In this document: piece after piece, positions 1 to 10,545 of the stretch
Position numbering within the stretch: position 1 is the first letter of the stretch
Layout of the letters: every line of letters starts with the position of its first letter
DNA from: Flavobacteriaceae bacterium
GTDB lineage: Bacteria > Bacteroidota > Bacteroidia > Flavobacteriales > Flavobacteriaceae
Assembly (NCBI GenBank): GCA_030065775.1
Contig: JASJDL010000001.1
Span: 687 to 64,686, forward strand
Length of the DNA: 64,000 nt
Direction: 5' to 3'
Made by a program: the position numbers and the translations under genes
Notes under the pieces: model-generated
Databases searched by the model: none
The model's input: the letters and a program-made list of their open reading frames with translations, nothing else
What the model was told of the DNA's origin: nothing

Positions 1-1125
1 TCATTTTTTAAATTGCCTTCCTTTCCATTGATAGCTCGAATTTAAGGAGGCAATGGCTACAAACATACTAAAAAAAGGATAGATAAAACTGCTGGCAATG
101 TATTGCAATAACACCCTTTTTTGGTTGAAAAAACTAGCGGTTTTAAAAAGCAAAATCGCATCGATCAGAAATTTTATCAGGAAGAAAAATACTATGTAAA
201 GCCAGTTGAAATATGCTAAAACACTTAATATAAAAAGGAGAATAAGTAATGCATTCATTCCAAAAACAGAGAGGGCAACCAGCTTACTAAATCTGTTTTT
301 ATATCGTGTAGATTTTGCCGCCCATCGTATACGTTGCTGAAGTAATTCTTTAAAAGTGGTAACCGGTTTGGTAGTGACAATGGCATCTTTGGATTTTAAA
401 TAAAGCACTTTATCTGGATACTTTTTCTGTACCTTTTCCAATAAGAAAATATCGTCACCGCTTGCAACGTTTTCATTTCCTTTAAATCCGTTAACAGCAG
501 TAAAAATAGCTTTACTATAGCAAAGATTGGCTCCATTACATAAAAATGGTTTTTTGATACCGAATCCGCCTATCGTAGCTCCCTGCAGGCTCAAGATATC
601 AAGTAGCTGGAAGCAGTCCAAAAAACTTAAAGAAGTACCATATATAACAGGTCCGACGATCAATTCAGGGTCATTTTTTTGTAGAAACGAATCAAACATC
701 TTCAGCCAATATTTTGGTACTATGCAATCAGCATCAGTGGTAATGATCCAATCAAATCTTGCTTCTTGGATTCCCGTGTTTATGGCATCCTTTTTTGGAG
801 CATCACTTTTTCTGATGTTATTGATAATCTTAATGTCATTTTGATTGTCATCAAGAATGTTTTGAATCACCTTTACTGAATCATCATCAGACGCATCATC
901 TATAAAAATAACTTCAAATTGATCCTGAGGATACTCCAATGATTTCAAGCTATCCAATAATCCAGTCAAGGAATGTTCTTCATTACGAAAAGCAATAAGT
1001 ATTGAAAAACGGCGATCGGATGGTTCTTCGGAAGCTTCAAACTTTTTTACACGACCAAAACCAATTATGAAAAGGCCAATAATAAAACAGTACAGGGTTG
1101 TAATGAGCAATGCAATAACTATCAT
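1..1125 (-). CDS. Family 2 glycosyltransferase (membrane-anchored, CESA-like)
   Basis: FRNEE, DDASDD, TTDAD (DxD), SGDD and QRIRW (QxxRW) motifs; N- and C-terminal TM segments. Confidence 0.9.
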   Translation of the reverse strand: MIVIALLITTLYCFIIGLFIIGFGRVKKFEASEEPSDRRFSILIAFRNEEHSLTGLLDSLKSLEYPQDQFEVIFIDDASDDDSVKVIQNILDDNQNDIKIINNIRKSDAPKKDAINTGIQEARFDWIITTDADCIVPKYWLKMFDSFLQKNDPELIVGPVIYGTSLSFLDCFQLLDILSLQGATIGGFGIKKPFLCNGANLCYSKAIFTAVNGFKGNENVASGDDIFLLEKVQKKYPDKVLYLKSKDAIVTTKPVTTFKELLQQRIRWAAKSTRYKNRFSKLVALSVFGMNALLILLFILSVLAYFNWLYIVFFFLIKFLIDAILLFKTASFFNQKRVLLQYIASSFIYPFFSMFVAIASLNSSYQWKGRQFKK

Positions 1126-2108
1126 TGTTCGCTGCCTTTGGGTTCAAATACTGAGGGAAAATTAAAATTCAGCACGAAATAACTTCCGAAAATAGCCGGA
1201 ATAGCGAAATTCAATGACCACATCAACAGCGTAATTGTTACCATAATCAATTCGTTTACCGGATAAAAACTAAATACCCAAACAGCAACTGAACCTTTAA
1301 TCAACCAATCAAAAAATGATAACCCAGGTACTATCGAAGCAATAAAATACATTGAACTGATCAACGCCATAGCAGTGAAATAATCTATTTCTACAGCAAA
1401 TACCTTGAGCAAAAAATAAAACTGGAATGAAAATATTAGGTATCGAATGCAAGAGAAAAGTCCATTTTTAAAATGGGCATCAAAAGGTAATTCTTTGATG
1501 AAATTTAGAATACGGTCAATGTAGAATCCTTGTATTTTTCTACTGCCGTACCTGCTTCCGAATAGTACAAAAGCTACGAAGAAAGCTAATAAATAGCCTG
1601 CTTTTCGCAAGCGGTACACTTCTAAATCAACTTCATAATGCATCAGAAAATAGACAAGACCAGCAATTCCAAATAAAGTAGTCGTTGTCATTTGAGCACC
1701 GTTTCCGATAAGGTTCAATAGCATTATCTTGCGCCGGTATCCTTTTTGATAATAAATGGCTTTTGCACCATATTCTCCAATGCGATTCGGTGTAAACAGC
1801 GATGCCGTTAACGCACCTAAACTTTGTTGCAGCGATTCAAAAAAGGTTATTTTAATTAGTGATGAAGCGAGCGATTTCCACTTCAAAATTTCAAAGAACC
1901 AATTTAAGAGGCTTAACCCGATAAGCACAAAAACCGTACTACCACTACCCGAAATACTTGCTTCTAACTGCTTTATAAACTCAATAAAATTAATTTGCTC
2001 ATTATAGACTACCTTGTCGTAAATAAAATAAAAAGCCCCAACAATAATGGCTAATTTCACAAGAAGAAATAAGAATTGTTTAGTTTTGTAAGGCAACGAT
2101 TTGTACAT
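1122..2108 (-). CDS. Lysylphosphatidylglycerol synthase TM-domain / flippase-like membrane protein
   Basis: TPNRIGEY motif and multiple TM helices; ATG at 2108 preferred over the longer 2204 ORF start. Confidence 0.75.
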   Translation of the reverse strand: MYKSLPYKTKQFLFLLVKLAIIVGAFYFIYDKVVYNEQINFIEFIKQLEASISGSGSTVFVLIGLSLLNWFFEILKWKSLASSLIKITFFESLQQSLGALTASLFTPNRIGEYGAKAIYYQKGYRRKIMLLNLIGNGAQMTTTTLFGIAGLVYFLMHYEVDLEVYRLRKAGYLLAFFVAFVLFGSRYGSRKIQGFYIDRILNFIKELPFDAHFKNGLFSCIRYLIFSFQFYFLLKVFAVEIDYFTAMALISSMYFIASIVPGLSFFDWLIKGSVAVWVFSFYPVNELIMVTITLLMWSLNFAIPAIFGSYFVLNFNFPSVFEPKGSEQ

Positions 2109-2213
2109 TGGCGCAAAGTAATAAATAATCGTCATTACGTGATGGAAAACGACAAAGTAATCTCTAGTATAGATTATGTTTTCGGACTCGTAATGACCCC
2201 CCAAAAAGAATCT

Positions 2214-2765
2214 TTGAATTCAGAAAAAATTATATTAGGTATTGATCCGGGAACCACGATTATGGGCTTCGGATTAATCAAAGTGGTGAGTAAACAGGTG
2301 CAATTTATGCAATTGAATGAGTTGCATTTAAAGAAATACATAGATCATTATACAAAATTGAAACTCATTTTTGATCGTACCATTGAACTTATCGATACCT
2401 ACCACCCCGATGAAATCGCTATAGAAGCACCTTTTTATGGTAAGAATGTTCAATCTATGCTTAAGTTGGGGCGCGCACAGGGTGTGGCGATGGCTGCGGG
2501 ATTGTCACGTCAAATACCCATTACTGAATATTCACCCAAGAAAATCAAAATGGCTATTACAGGTAATGGAAATGCCAGTAAAGAGCAGGTAGCAAAAATG
2601 TTACAAAGCACATTACAATTGAAAGAATTACCTAAAAATTTAGACGCTACCGATGGCCTTGCCGCTGCGGTTTGCCACTTTTACAATGCCGGTAGGGTAG
2701 CAATCGGTAAAAGTTATACGGGTTGGGCAAGTTTTGTGAAAAATAACCCGAAGAAGATTGATTAG
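2214..2765 (+). CDS. ruvC: Crossover junction endodeoxyribonuclease RuvC
   Basis: ILGIDPG, IAIEAPF, GNGNASKEQV and DATDGLA motifs; TTG start at 2214 likely (ATG at 2193 is an alternative). Confidence 0.95.
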   Translation: MNSEKIILGIDPGTTIMGFGLIKVVSKQVQFMQLNELHLKKYIDHYTKLKLIFDRTIELIDTYHPDEIAIEAPFYGKNVQSMLKLGRAQGVAMAAGLSRQIPITEYSPKKIKMAITGNGNASKEQVAKMLQSTLQLKELPKNLDATDGLAAAVCHFYNAGRVAIGKSYTGWASFVKNNPKKID

Positions 2766-2832
2766 ACATTTTGATAATGAGAATTTTCAATGATTATCTA
2801 ATTACTTAATTATCAGATTATCCTATTAATAA

Positions 2833-3963
2833 ATGGCTGGCATTTATATCCATATTCCCTTTTGCAAACAAGCATGTTATTATTGCGATTTTCATTTTTC
2901 TACGTCGCTTTCGCGGAAAGAAGAAATGATGTTGGCCTTAGTAAAAGAATTGCAATTACGTACATCTGAATGTACCAACGAGTCGATCGAGACGATTTAT
3001 TTTGGTGGCGGAACACCGAGTTTATTGACCATTGATGAGATCAAATTATTGATCGATACCATTTATAAGAATTATAAAGTAGTCAATGAACCAGAAATTA
3101 CATTGGAAGCCAACCCAGATGATTTGTCCAAAGAACAAATACAGGGCCTAGCAATGACACCAATCAACAGGCTTAGTATTGGTATTCAATCATTTTATGA
3201 CAGTGATTTAAAATTAATGAATCGGGCACATAATGCTGGAGAAGCCAGGAGATCATTGGCTGAAGCTACCCGGCACTTCGATAATATATCTATTGATTTG
3301 ATTTATGGTATACCAGAGGCTACTGATGAACAATGGCTGGCGAATATTGAAACTGCTTTATCTTTTAATATTGTTCACATTTCCAGTTATGCATTGACCG
3401 TAGAGCCTAAAACAGCCTTAGAAAATTTTATAAAGAAAGGAATTATTAAGAACGTTGATGATGAACAGGCTCAAAGACAGTTTTACCTGTTAATGGATAA
3501 GCTTACTGCGAATGATTATGTTCATTATGAATTATCCAATTTTGGCAAGAAAGGCTTTTTTAGCAAAAATAATTCAGCTTACTGGCAAGGGAAATCGTAT
3601 TTGGGCATAGGCCCTTCAGCACATTCTTTTGACGGCGAAAAAAGAAGTTGGAATATAAGAAGCAATGCAAAGTATATAAAAATGCTTACTAATAATGAGT
3701 TGCCCGGTACATATGAGGTTCTAACCAAAACAGATCGATACAACGAAGCCGTTATGACGGGCTTACGTACGATGTGGGGGGTTTCATTAAACGAAATAGA
3801 AAGATTGTATGGCAGTCGTTATAAAAAATATCTTTTGCAGCAGGCAGAAGGATATATTCAGCAGGATTTGTTGTATATTGATAACAACAAATTGTTGACT
3901 ACAAAAGAAGGAAAATTTTTGAGCGATGGCATCTCATCAGATCTCTTTAAACTAAATTTATAA
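2833..3963 (+). CDS. hemW: Radical SAM heme chaperone HemW (HemN-like)
   Basis: YIHIPFCKQACYYCDF (CxxxCxxC), GGGTPS and HYELSNF motifs. Confidence 0.92.
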   Translation: MAGIYIHIPFCKQACYYCDFHFSTSLSRKEEMMLALVKELQLRTSECTNESIETIYFGGGTPSLLTIDEIKLLIDTIYKNYKVVNEPEITLEANPDDLSKEQIQGLAMTPINRLSIGIQSFYDSDLKLMNRAHNAGEARRSLAEATRHFDNISIDLIYGIPEATDEQWLANIETALSFNIVHISSYALTVEPKTALENFIKKGIIKNVDDEQAQRQFYLLMDKLTANDYVHYELSNFGKKGFFSKNNSAYWQGKSYLGIGPSAHSFDGEKRSWNIRSNAKYIKMLTNNELPGTYEVLTKTDRYNEAVMTGLRTMWGVSLNEIERLYGSRYKKYLLQQAEGYIQQDLLYIDNNKLLTTKEGKFLSDGISSDLFKLNL

Positions 3964-4715
3964 TGTTAGCTACCATTCAATATAATTCCAGAAAACACCA
4001 GATCGACTTATCCAATCCTATTGATATCTCCATGCCGCTTCGGGCCTCAAAAGAGAATGTAAATGTTTGGTATATTGATGAACCGACCATTGAGCCTGAG
4101 GAAGTTGATGATGCTATAATAAGCGTTGAAAAAGGGGCATCTGTGAACTTTAATACGATAAACTTCAATCCGCACGCCCATGGTACACATACAGAATGCG
4201 TTGGGCACATCACGAAGGAAGTACATTCCATAAATGAGAATTTAAAACAGTTTTTCTTTTTTGCAGAGTTGATCACGGTGGCGCCTGAAAAGAAAGATGA
4301 TGATTTCGTGATCTCAAAAAAACAATTGCAGTTTGCCCTGGGGAATAAGAAACGAGATGCTGTTATTATTCGAACCATGCCTAATACCAGTGAAAAAAAG
4401 AGTATGCACTATTCGCATACCAATTGGCCATATCTCTTGGAAGAAGCGACCATCTATTTACGTACAAAAGAAGTGAAGCACTTGCTTATTGATTTACCCA
4501 GCATTGATAAGGAAAAGGATAATGGCGAGTTACGCGGCCATAATGCATTTTGGAATACTGAAGGGAAGCTGCGCAAGGAAGCTACCATTACAGAATTAAT
4601 TTATGTTCCTAACCGGGTGAAGGATGGCACTTATTTCTTGAATTTGCAGATCGCGCCTTTTGAAAATGATGCAAGTCCGAGTAAACCTATTTTATATCAG
4701 ATTATCGAGTCATGA
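3963..4715 (+). CDS. Cyclase family metal-dependent hydrolase (kynurenine formamidase-like)
   Basis: HAHGTHTE metal-binding motif, IDLPSID, DASPS. Confidence 0.85.
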   Translation: MLATIQYNSRKHQIDLSNPIDISMPLRASKENVNVWYIDEPTIEPEEVDDAIISVEKGASVNFNTINFNPHAHGTHTECVGHITKEVHSINENLKQFFFFAELITVAPEKKDDDFVISKKQLQFALGNKKRDAVIIRTMPNTSEKKSMHYSHTNWPYLLEEATIYLRTKEVKHLLIDLPSIDKEKDNGELRGHNAFWNTEGKLRKEATITELIYVPNRVKDGTYFLNLQIAPFENDASPSKPILYQIIES

Positions 4716-5071
4716 AAAATCTACTTAAAATTGAGGAATTCGCGATGCTGCTGCTTTCGATATTCCTTTTTTCCCTATTGGATCTTCGGTGGTGGTGGTA
4801 CTTAGTATTTTTTTTGGCTCCTGATTTAGGTTTTTTAGGTTATGCTGTGAACGCAAAGGTTGGTGCATTCACATATAATGTACTTCATCATAAGGGAATT
4901 GCAATCATGATTTATTTACTCGGGGTTTATTTGGGGAATCAAACGACGCAATTCACAGGGATCTTGATATTTGGTCATGCGTCTTTTGATAGATTATTGG
5001 GGTACGGACTAAAATATAATGACAGTTTTCATAATACGCATTTAGGCAAAGTAGGTAAAAAGAATGATTGA
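4712..5071 (+). CDS. DUF4260 family membrane protein
   Basis: LAPDL, YN.LH, H...DR.LGYGLKY and THLG signature. Confidence 0.85.
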   Translation: MKNLLKIEEFAMLLLSIFLFSLLDLRWWWYLVFFLAPDLGFLGYAVNAKVGAFTYNVLHHKGIAIMIYLLGVYLGNQTTQFTGILIFGHASFDRLLGYGLKYNDSFHNTHLGKVGKKND

Positions 5072-5465
5072 AATTTCCAGGGATAAGAATAAGCTAGATA
5101 TTGCTATGATCCATGCCTTTTTAACTGAAACCTATTGGGCGAAAGGAAGAACTAGAGAAGAAGTAGAGCGATCAATACAACATTGTTTGTGTTACGGTGT
5201 TTATTTAGATAATCGACAAATAGGATTTGCTAGAATACTTACTGATTATACCATTTTCGCCTACTTAATGGATGTTTTTATTTTGCAGGAGCACCAGGGT
5301 AAAGGATATGGTAAGGAATTAATGAAAGTAATCATTAATGATGAAGACCTGAGAACATGTAAATGGATGCTAAAAACGGGAGATGCACATCGTTTGTATG
5401 AACAATTTGGATTCGAAAGTGCTCCAAATCCTGAGCGCGTAATGGAACGAAACCCTGCAAAATGA
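5064..5465 (+). CDS. GNAT family N-acetyltransferase
   Basis: QIGFAR, HQGKGYGK acetyl-CoA motif, LYEQFGF. Confidence 0.9.
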   Translation: MIEISRDKNKLDIAMIHAFLTETYWAKGRTREEVERSIQHCLCYGVYLDNRQIGFARILTDYTIFAYLMDVFILQEHQGKGYGKELMKVIINDEDLRTCKWMLKTGDAHRLYEQFGFESAPNPERVMERNPAK

Positions 5466-5812
5466 ACATAGAAGAACTCAGAGACTATTGTTTGAATAAA
5501 AAAGGTGTGACTGAAGAATTTCCTTTTGATGAAACAACACTCGTTTTTAAGGTGTTAGGTAAAATGTTTGCTTTAACAGGATTAGAACGTACACCCCCTC
5601 AGGTAAATTTGAAATGCGACCCTGAATGGTCAATTGAGCTCCGAGAGGAATACGATGGGCTTATTTATGGCGGCTATCACATGAACAAAAAATTGTGGAA
5701 TACTGTTGAATTTTCAAACCTCCCAGTAGACTTCATGAAAAAGCTCATCGATCATTCGTATGATTTAGTAGTAGCTAAGATGCCGAAGAAGTTAAGAGCG
5801 CAATTAGATTAA
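5462..5812 (+). CDS. MmcQ/YjbR family DNA-binding protein
   Basis: FPF...VFKV.GKMFA, NLKCDPE, YHMNKK.W, IDHSYDLV. Confidence 0.92.
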   Translation: MNIEELRDYCLNKKGVTEEFPFDETTLVFKVLGKMFALTGLERTPPQVNLKCDPEWSIELREEYDGLIYGGYHMNKKLWNTVEFSNLPVDFMKKLIDHSYDLVVAKMPKKLRAQLD

Positions 5813-5851
5813 AATCCTTTTTAGTAATTTTAGAGATTATACTCTTCAGAT

Positions 5852-7576
5852 ATGACTCTTAGATATATTCTTATAGCGCTACTGGTACTACCTATAAGCT
5901 GTAAAAAAGAAACAAACAACCCTTCTGCGCAACTTCAAAAGATCATTGAGAGTTATCATGACCACGAGGGCTACGATGAAAAAGAATTTCCACTGGGTGT
6001 ATTCACCAAAGACTATTATCAAGCAGAGGCCGAATTTGCAAAAACCAAACTCGATGAACTTACTACAATTCGTTCTGAAGCACTTAGTGAAACGGAGCAA
6101 ATATCTTTAGAACTTTTAAAATTTTCATTGCAGGATAAAATAGATTTTTATGAGTTCGAGCGCTACCTTAATCCGTTATTATCTGATTCAGGTTTCCATA
6201 GCAGCCTTAATTATATGGTACGCCCTTTGGCCAATTATGAAGAAACCAAAGAATACCTTACGAAGTTAAATGCACTTCCCTTATTTGTTGATCAACATTT
6301 TGTGAATTTGCGTGAGGGATTGGAAAAAGGTGTTTCACAGCCTTTAGTCATTTTTAATGGCTACGCCTCTACTTATGACGACCATATAGTAGCTAGTTTC
6401 GAAGATAGTTTTTTTTATTCACCTTTTAAGAAGCTCCCTACCACCCTTACATCAGCACAAAAAGATTCTGTTTTAACTGCCGCGAAAATTGCAATTGAAA
6501 AAAGCGTGGTTCCACAGTTCAAAAGGATAAAAGAGTTTTTTGAAACAGAATATTATCCGAAGACCAGAAAAACATTGGGGGTATCTGAAACTCCTAAGGG
6601 CGAAGAGTACTATCAGAACAGGATCAATTTTTACACAACAAGCACTCAATACACGGCAGATGCTATTCATGAGATCGGTCTACAGGAAGTCGCACGCATC
6701 AAATCAGAAATGGAGAAGATCATAGCCGACTTAAACTTTAAAGGTAGCTTTGCTGATTTTTTCAAATTTCTAAGAACCGATAAGCAGTTTTATGCCGAGA
6801 CTCCCGACGAATTATTGATGATAGCACGTGATATGGCCAAGAGGGTAGATGCGCAATTACCGCGATTTTTTAAAACACTTCCACGAAAGCCGTATGGCGT
6901 GGCCCCTGTACCTGATGCCATCGCACCTAAATATACCACAGGCAGATATATTGGTACTTCAAAAGACGGTACTGATCCGGGTTATTATTGGGTGAATACT
7001 TATGATTTACCTAGCAGAACCCTGTATACCTTACCTGCTCTTACGGTGCATGAAGCTGTACCAGGACATCATTTACAAGGTGCGTTAAATAAGGAATTGG
7101 GAGATAGCATTCCAAAGTTTAGAAAAAACTTGTACTTGTCAGCTTATGGCGAAGGCTGGGGCTTGTACAGTGAATTCTTGGCTGATGAAATGGAGATGTA
7201 TACTACGCCCTACGAGAAATTCGGTCAGCTTACCTATGAAATGTGGCGCGCCTGTCGTCTGGTAGTAGATACTGGTATTCATGCTAAAGGATGGACCCGC
7301 GATCAGGTGGTAGACTATATGGCTTCCAATACGGCGTTATCTTTACATGAGATCAATACGGAAACTGATAGATATATCTCATGGCCGGGCCAGGCACTAT
7401 CCTATAAAATCGGTGAGCTAAAAATTAGAGAATTGAGAAAAAAAGCTGAAGTCGAATTAGGTAGTGATTTTGATATCCGGGAATTTCATGAGGTGATCCT
7501 CGGTCAGGGTACTGTTACACTTTCCATTTTAGAAAATAGGATCAATAGGTATATTGCAGATGCTAAAAATCAATGA
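5852..7576 (+). CDS. DUF885 family lipoprotein (putative metallopeptidase)
   Basis: Lipobox ISC, HEAVPGHHLQ, EGWGLYSE, RLVVDTGIH, PGQALSYKIG. Confidence 0.92.
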   Translation: MTLRYILIALLVLPISCKKETNNPSAQLQKIIESYHDHEGYDEKEFPLGVFTKDYYQAEAEFAKTKLDELTTIRSEALSETEQISLELLKFSLQDKIDFYEFERYLNPLLSDSGFHSSLNYMVRPLANYEETKEYLTKLNALPLFVDQHFVNLREGLEKGVSQPLVIFNGYASTYDDHIVASFEDSFFYSPFKKLPTTLTSAQKDSVLTAAKIAIEKSVVPQFKRIKEFFETEYYPKTRKTLGVSETPKGEEYYQNRINFYTTSTQYTADAIHEIGLQEVARIKSEMEKIIADLNFKGSFADFFKFLRTDKQFYAETPDELLMIARDMAKRVDAQLPRFFKTLPRKPYGVAPVPDAIAPKYTTGRYIGTSKDGTDPGYYWVNTYDLPSRTLYTLPALTVHEAVPGHHLQGALNKELGDSIPKFRKNLYLSAYGEGWGLYSEFLADEMEMYTTPYEKFGQLTYEMWRACRLVVDTGIHAKGWTRDQVVDYMASNTALSLHEINTETDRYISWPGQALSYKIGELKIRELRKKAEVELGSDFDIREFHEVILGQGTVTLSILENRINRYIADAKNQ

Positions 7577-7962
7577 CGCAAAAAATTGCCCATGTCACAT
7601 TAGTAGTTAAGAACTATGATGAGGCCATAGATTTTTACGTAAATAAACTCCGGTTCAAATTGATAGAAGATACAAAACTGTCTGAAACGAAACGCTGGGT
7701 GCTCGTAGCACCTAAAGGGAACGGCTCGTGTAATTTGTTATTGGCGCAGGCAGATGGAAGACAACAATTACAATTTGTAGGTAACCAGACAGGAGGTCGT
7801 GTATTTTTATTTTTGCATACCGATAATTTTGATAGCGATTACGAGAATTTGCAAAAGCACGCTATTAAAATAGTAGATGGGCCAAGAAGCGAGGCCTATG
7901 GAAAAGTATTGGTATTTGAGGATTTGTATGGCAATCGATGGGATTTGATCGAGCCAAAGTAA
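7573..7962 (+). CDS. VOC / glyoxalase family protein
   Basis: YDEAIDFY, GNQTGGRVFLFL, FEDLYGN.WDL. Confidence 0.9.
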   Translation: MTQKIAHVTLVVKNYDEAIDFYVNKLRFKLIEDTKLSETKRWVLVAPKGNGSCNLLLAQADGRQQLQFVGNQTGGRVFLFLHTDNFDSDYENLQKHAIKIVDGPRSEAYGKVLVFEDLYGNRWDLIEPK

Positions 7963-7990
7963 ATTATCTATTCGAAAGAACGAGAAATCT

Positions 7991-9238
7991 ATGAGTAAAG
8001 AAGTTATCGTTATTGGCGGTGGAATTATAGGTCTGTGCACTGCCTATTATCTTCACAAAGAAGGTCATAAGGTTACGATTGTTGACCAGTCTAACATGGA
8101 TGCCGGAGCTTCCTATGTGAATGCGGGTTACTTAGCACCTAGTCATATTATTCCATTATCAGCTCCTGGCGTTATGAAAAAAGGGATAAAATGGATGTTC
8201 AATCCGTCAAGCCCTTTATTTATAAAACCTCGGCTTCAGGCTGATTTTTTAAAATGGGTATGGGCATTTAATAAATCCTGTAACCCAAGACACGTTGAGA
8301 AATCAATTCCTGTCATTAGGGATATCGCACTTTTAAGCCAAGACTTATACGACGCCATTAAAGCATCAGAAAATTTTAGATTTCATTACGAGAAGAAAGG
8401 TTTGCTCATGCTCTGTCAGACTGAAAAAGGATTGGATCAAGAAATTGAAGTTGCTAAGCAGGTCAAAGAACAAGGTTTAGAAGTAGAAGTACTTGGGACA
8501 AAGGATCTTGAGATTTTGCAGCCCGACGTTGAAATCAATGCAATAGGGGCTACCTATTATAAATGTGATTCACATACTACACCTCATGAATTTATGGAAG
8601 ACATGAAAACCTATTTACATGAGGCGGATGTCACCGTTCTCAAGAATGAAGAAGTGGAAGATGTAACTGTCTTTGGGAATAAAATCCAATCGATAAAGAC
8701 CCATAAACAAATTTTAAAAGCAGATGATTTTGTCCTGGCAGCGGGTTCATGGACACCATTACTTTGCAAAAAATTGGGTATAAAATTATTGCTGCAGGCC
8801 GGTAAAGGCTATCGCATCAATTCAACAAGAAAACATGGAATTACTGTTCCCGCAATTTTAGCCGAAACCAAGGTTGCAGCGACACCGATGAACGGATTTA
8901 CACGATTTGCAGGAACAATGGAAATTGCCGGCATCAATCATCACATCAATAAAATTCGCGTAAATGCTATTGCTGATGCAGCCAATAGATACTATCCCAA
9001 TACATTACTGACTGAAGAAGAAAAAGAGGCAGCAGCTTGTGGCTTGCGGCCGGTCACACCCGATGGGCTTCCTTATATCGGCAAGTCAATGAAATGTGAA
9101 AATCTTACCATAGCAACAGGTCATGCCATGATGGGGTGGAGCATGGCAACTGCCACAGGAAAATTGGTTTCAGAAGTAATTTCTGATAAAAAACCATCTC
9201 TTGATTTAAATTCGTATAGCCCTGACCGCAGGTTCTAA
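7991..9238 (+). CDS. FAD-dependent D-amino acid dehydrogenase (DadA family)
   Basis: GGGIIG FAD motif, ASYVNAG, GLRPVTPDGLP, GHAMMG. Confidence 0.88.
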   Translation: MSKEVIVIGGGIIGLCTAYYLHKEGHKVTIVDQSNMDAGASYVNAGYLAPSHIIPLSAPGVMKKGIKWMFNPSSPLFIKPRLQADFLKWVWAFNKSCNPRHVEKSIPVIRDIALLSQDLYDAIKASENFRFHYEKKGLLMLCQTEKGLDQEIEVAKQVKEQGLEVEVLGTKDLEILQPDVEINAIGATYYKCDSHTTPHEFMEDMKTYLHEADVTVLKNEEVEDVTVFGNKIQSIKTHKQILKADDFVLAAGSWTPLLCKKLGIKLLLQAGKGYRINSTRKHGITVPAILAETKVAATPMNGFTRFAGTMEIAGINHHINKIRVNAIADAANRYYPNTLLTEEEKEAAACGLRPVTPDGLPYIGKSMKCENLTIATGHAMMGWSMATATGKLVSEVISDKKPSLDLNSYSPDRRF

Positions 9239-9393
9239 TAAATCTTTAGAATTTCTTTAGATTCTTCCACTAGTTTTACGTGAAGTCATTACGAAAACAA
9301 TCTTAAAAAGGTGATTTCTTCAGGTTTTGAGTTTTTTAGATACAATAAAAACTCCCTGAAAACCATGAGTTTAAAAAATCACCATTTTAGCTA

Positions 9394-9424
9394 TTGACTG
9401 GAGTACATTTAGAAAATATGTTTG
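9394..9424 (+). promoter_or_regulatory. Bacteroidetes sigma-ABfr promoter for the 103-aa ORF
   Basis: TTG at 9394-9396 and TATGTTTG (TAnnTTTG) at 9417-9424. Confidence 0.55.
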
Positions 9425-9642
9425 TACCATAAGTTTTTAGTAAATTTTTTATAGCTATTTAAAATAGTTAACAAATTAGGGGAGAAAGGAGAAAAGTTAC
9501 GTATTTCATAGCAATTATAATCTTCAAAAGTTACTTTTCTCCTTCGTTTTTACAATAGTTTGCAAAAAAAATAGTTTTAAGGTTAGGACTTTTTAAAACT
9601 TGATTGTTTTTATTAATGAAAACCTAAAATAATTAAAGTAAT

Positions 9643-9954
9643 ATGGATCATAATTTTGAAATCGGTGAAGTTGTAGTATGCGTAAATGCAAGAAGAAGAT
9701 GGTATCGCTTAGGAGGCCTTACGAAGGGAGAACTTTATACAGTGGTCGGTTTTAATCCATATGACGGAGGTTTGGTGTTAAAAGAAGCAAAGTCACCACG
9801 TAGTGGTTATAATGCTTACAGGGCTGATCGATTTAGAAAAGTAGATTACGCTTTCGCAGAAACAGTTCTAGAAACCATGCAACCTCAAGTACGAGAAAAA
9901 GAGAGGGTTCATATTAAGGAACGCGATTTCTCGATTGCTGCCATATTAAATTAG
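9643..9954 (+). CDS. Hypothetical protein (small, SH3-like/phage-type N-terminus)
   Basis: Clean ORF after an A-rich initiation region; pattern F.IGE.VVCV...LTKGELYTV. Confidence 0.7.
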   Translation: MDHNFEIGEVVVCVNARRRWYRLGGLTKGELYTVVGFNPYDGGLVLKEAKSPRSGYNAYRADRFRKVDYAFAETVLETMQPQVREKERVHIKERDFSIAAILN

Positions 9955-9995
9955 AACCACTGGTCAATAGACATTATATGAATTTTAAAACCTTC

Positions 9996-10520
9996 TCAAT
10001 TGAGAAGGTTTTTCTTTTCTAAAGGACCAAACAAACATATTTCTTCACTTTCATTAGGAAGGACTATCATTTTTTCGAAACTCAGCCCCAGCCGTTTTAA
10101 GAGTTTGTGAGATCTGTGGTTATCGCTATTTGAAATTGCAACGATCCGATTTAACTTCAATACATTCTTCGCATATTCAAGAACTGCTTTAGTGCTTTCA
10201 TAAGCATAGCCTTTTCCCCGGCCATTGGGCAAAAATGCGAAGCCAACGTCTATATGCTCCAGGCCTTCTCGATCCACCAGCCCGGAAATGCCAATCGTGG
10301 TCCCATCACATTTTAGCGAAACTTTGTAAAAACCAAAGCCTTTACTCGAATAATTTGGCAGCATCCTTTCTTTCAAATAGTCTTTAGCATCCTGAAGCGT
10401 ATTAATATTTCTGTCCCCTATAAACTTTTTCCAGTCAGGGTCATTGACTAATTCAAAAAAGAATGCTGCGTCATCAGTACTAATCTTAGTAATGGTAAGC
10501 CTTTCTGTTTCAATAAACAT
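9996..10520 (-). CDS. GNAT N-acetyltransferase, RimJ/RimL type
   Basis: IETERL, GRGKGYAYE, N.RS.KLL.RLG. Confidence 0.9.
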   Translation of the reverse strand: MFIETERLTITKISTDDAAFFFELVNDPDWKKFIGDRNINTLQDAKDYLKERMLPNYSSKGFGFYKVSLKCDGTTIGISGLVDREGLEHIDVGFAFLPNGRGKGYAYESTKAVLEYAKNVLKLNRIVAISNSDNHRSHKLLKRLGLSFEKMIVLPNESEEICLFGPLEKKNLLN

Positions 10521-10545
10521 ATATTAAGGTATGAAGAAAAAATAC

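Noticed and set aside
2076-2213. N-terminal extensions of ruvC and the opposite flippase-like ORF that overlap head to head
   Set aside because: Longest-ORF artefact; downstream starts (2214 and 2108) remove the overlap
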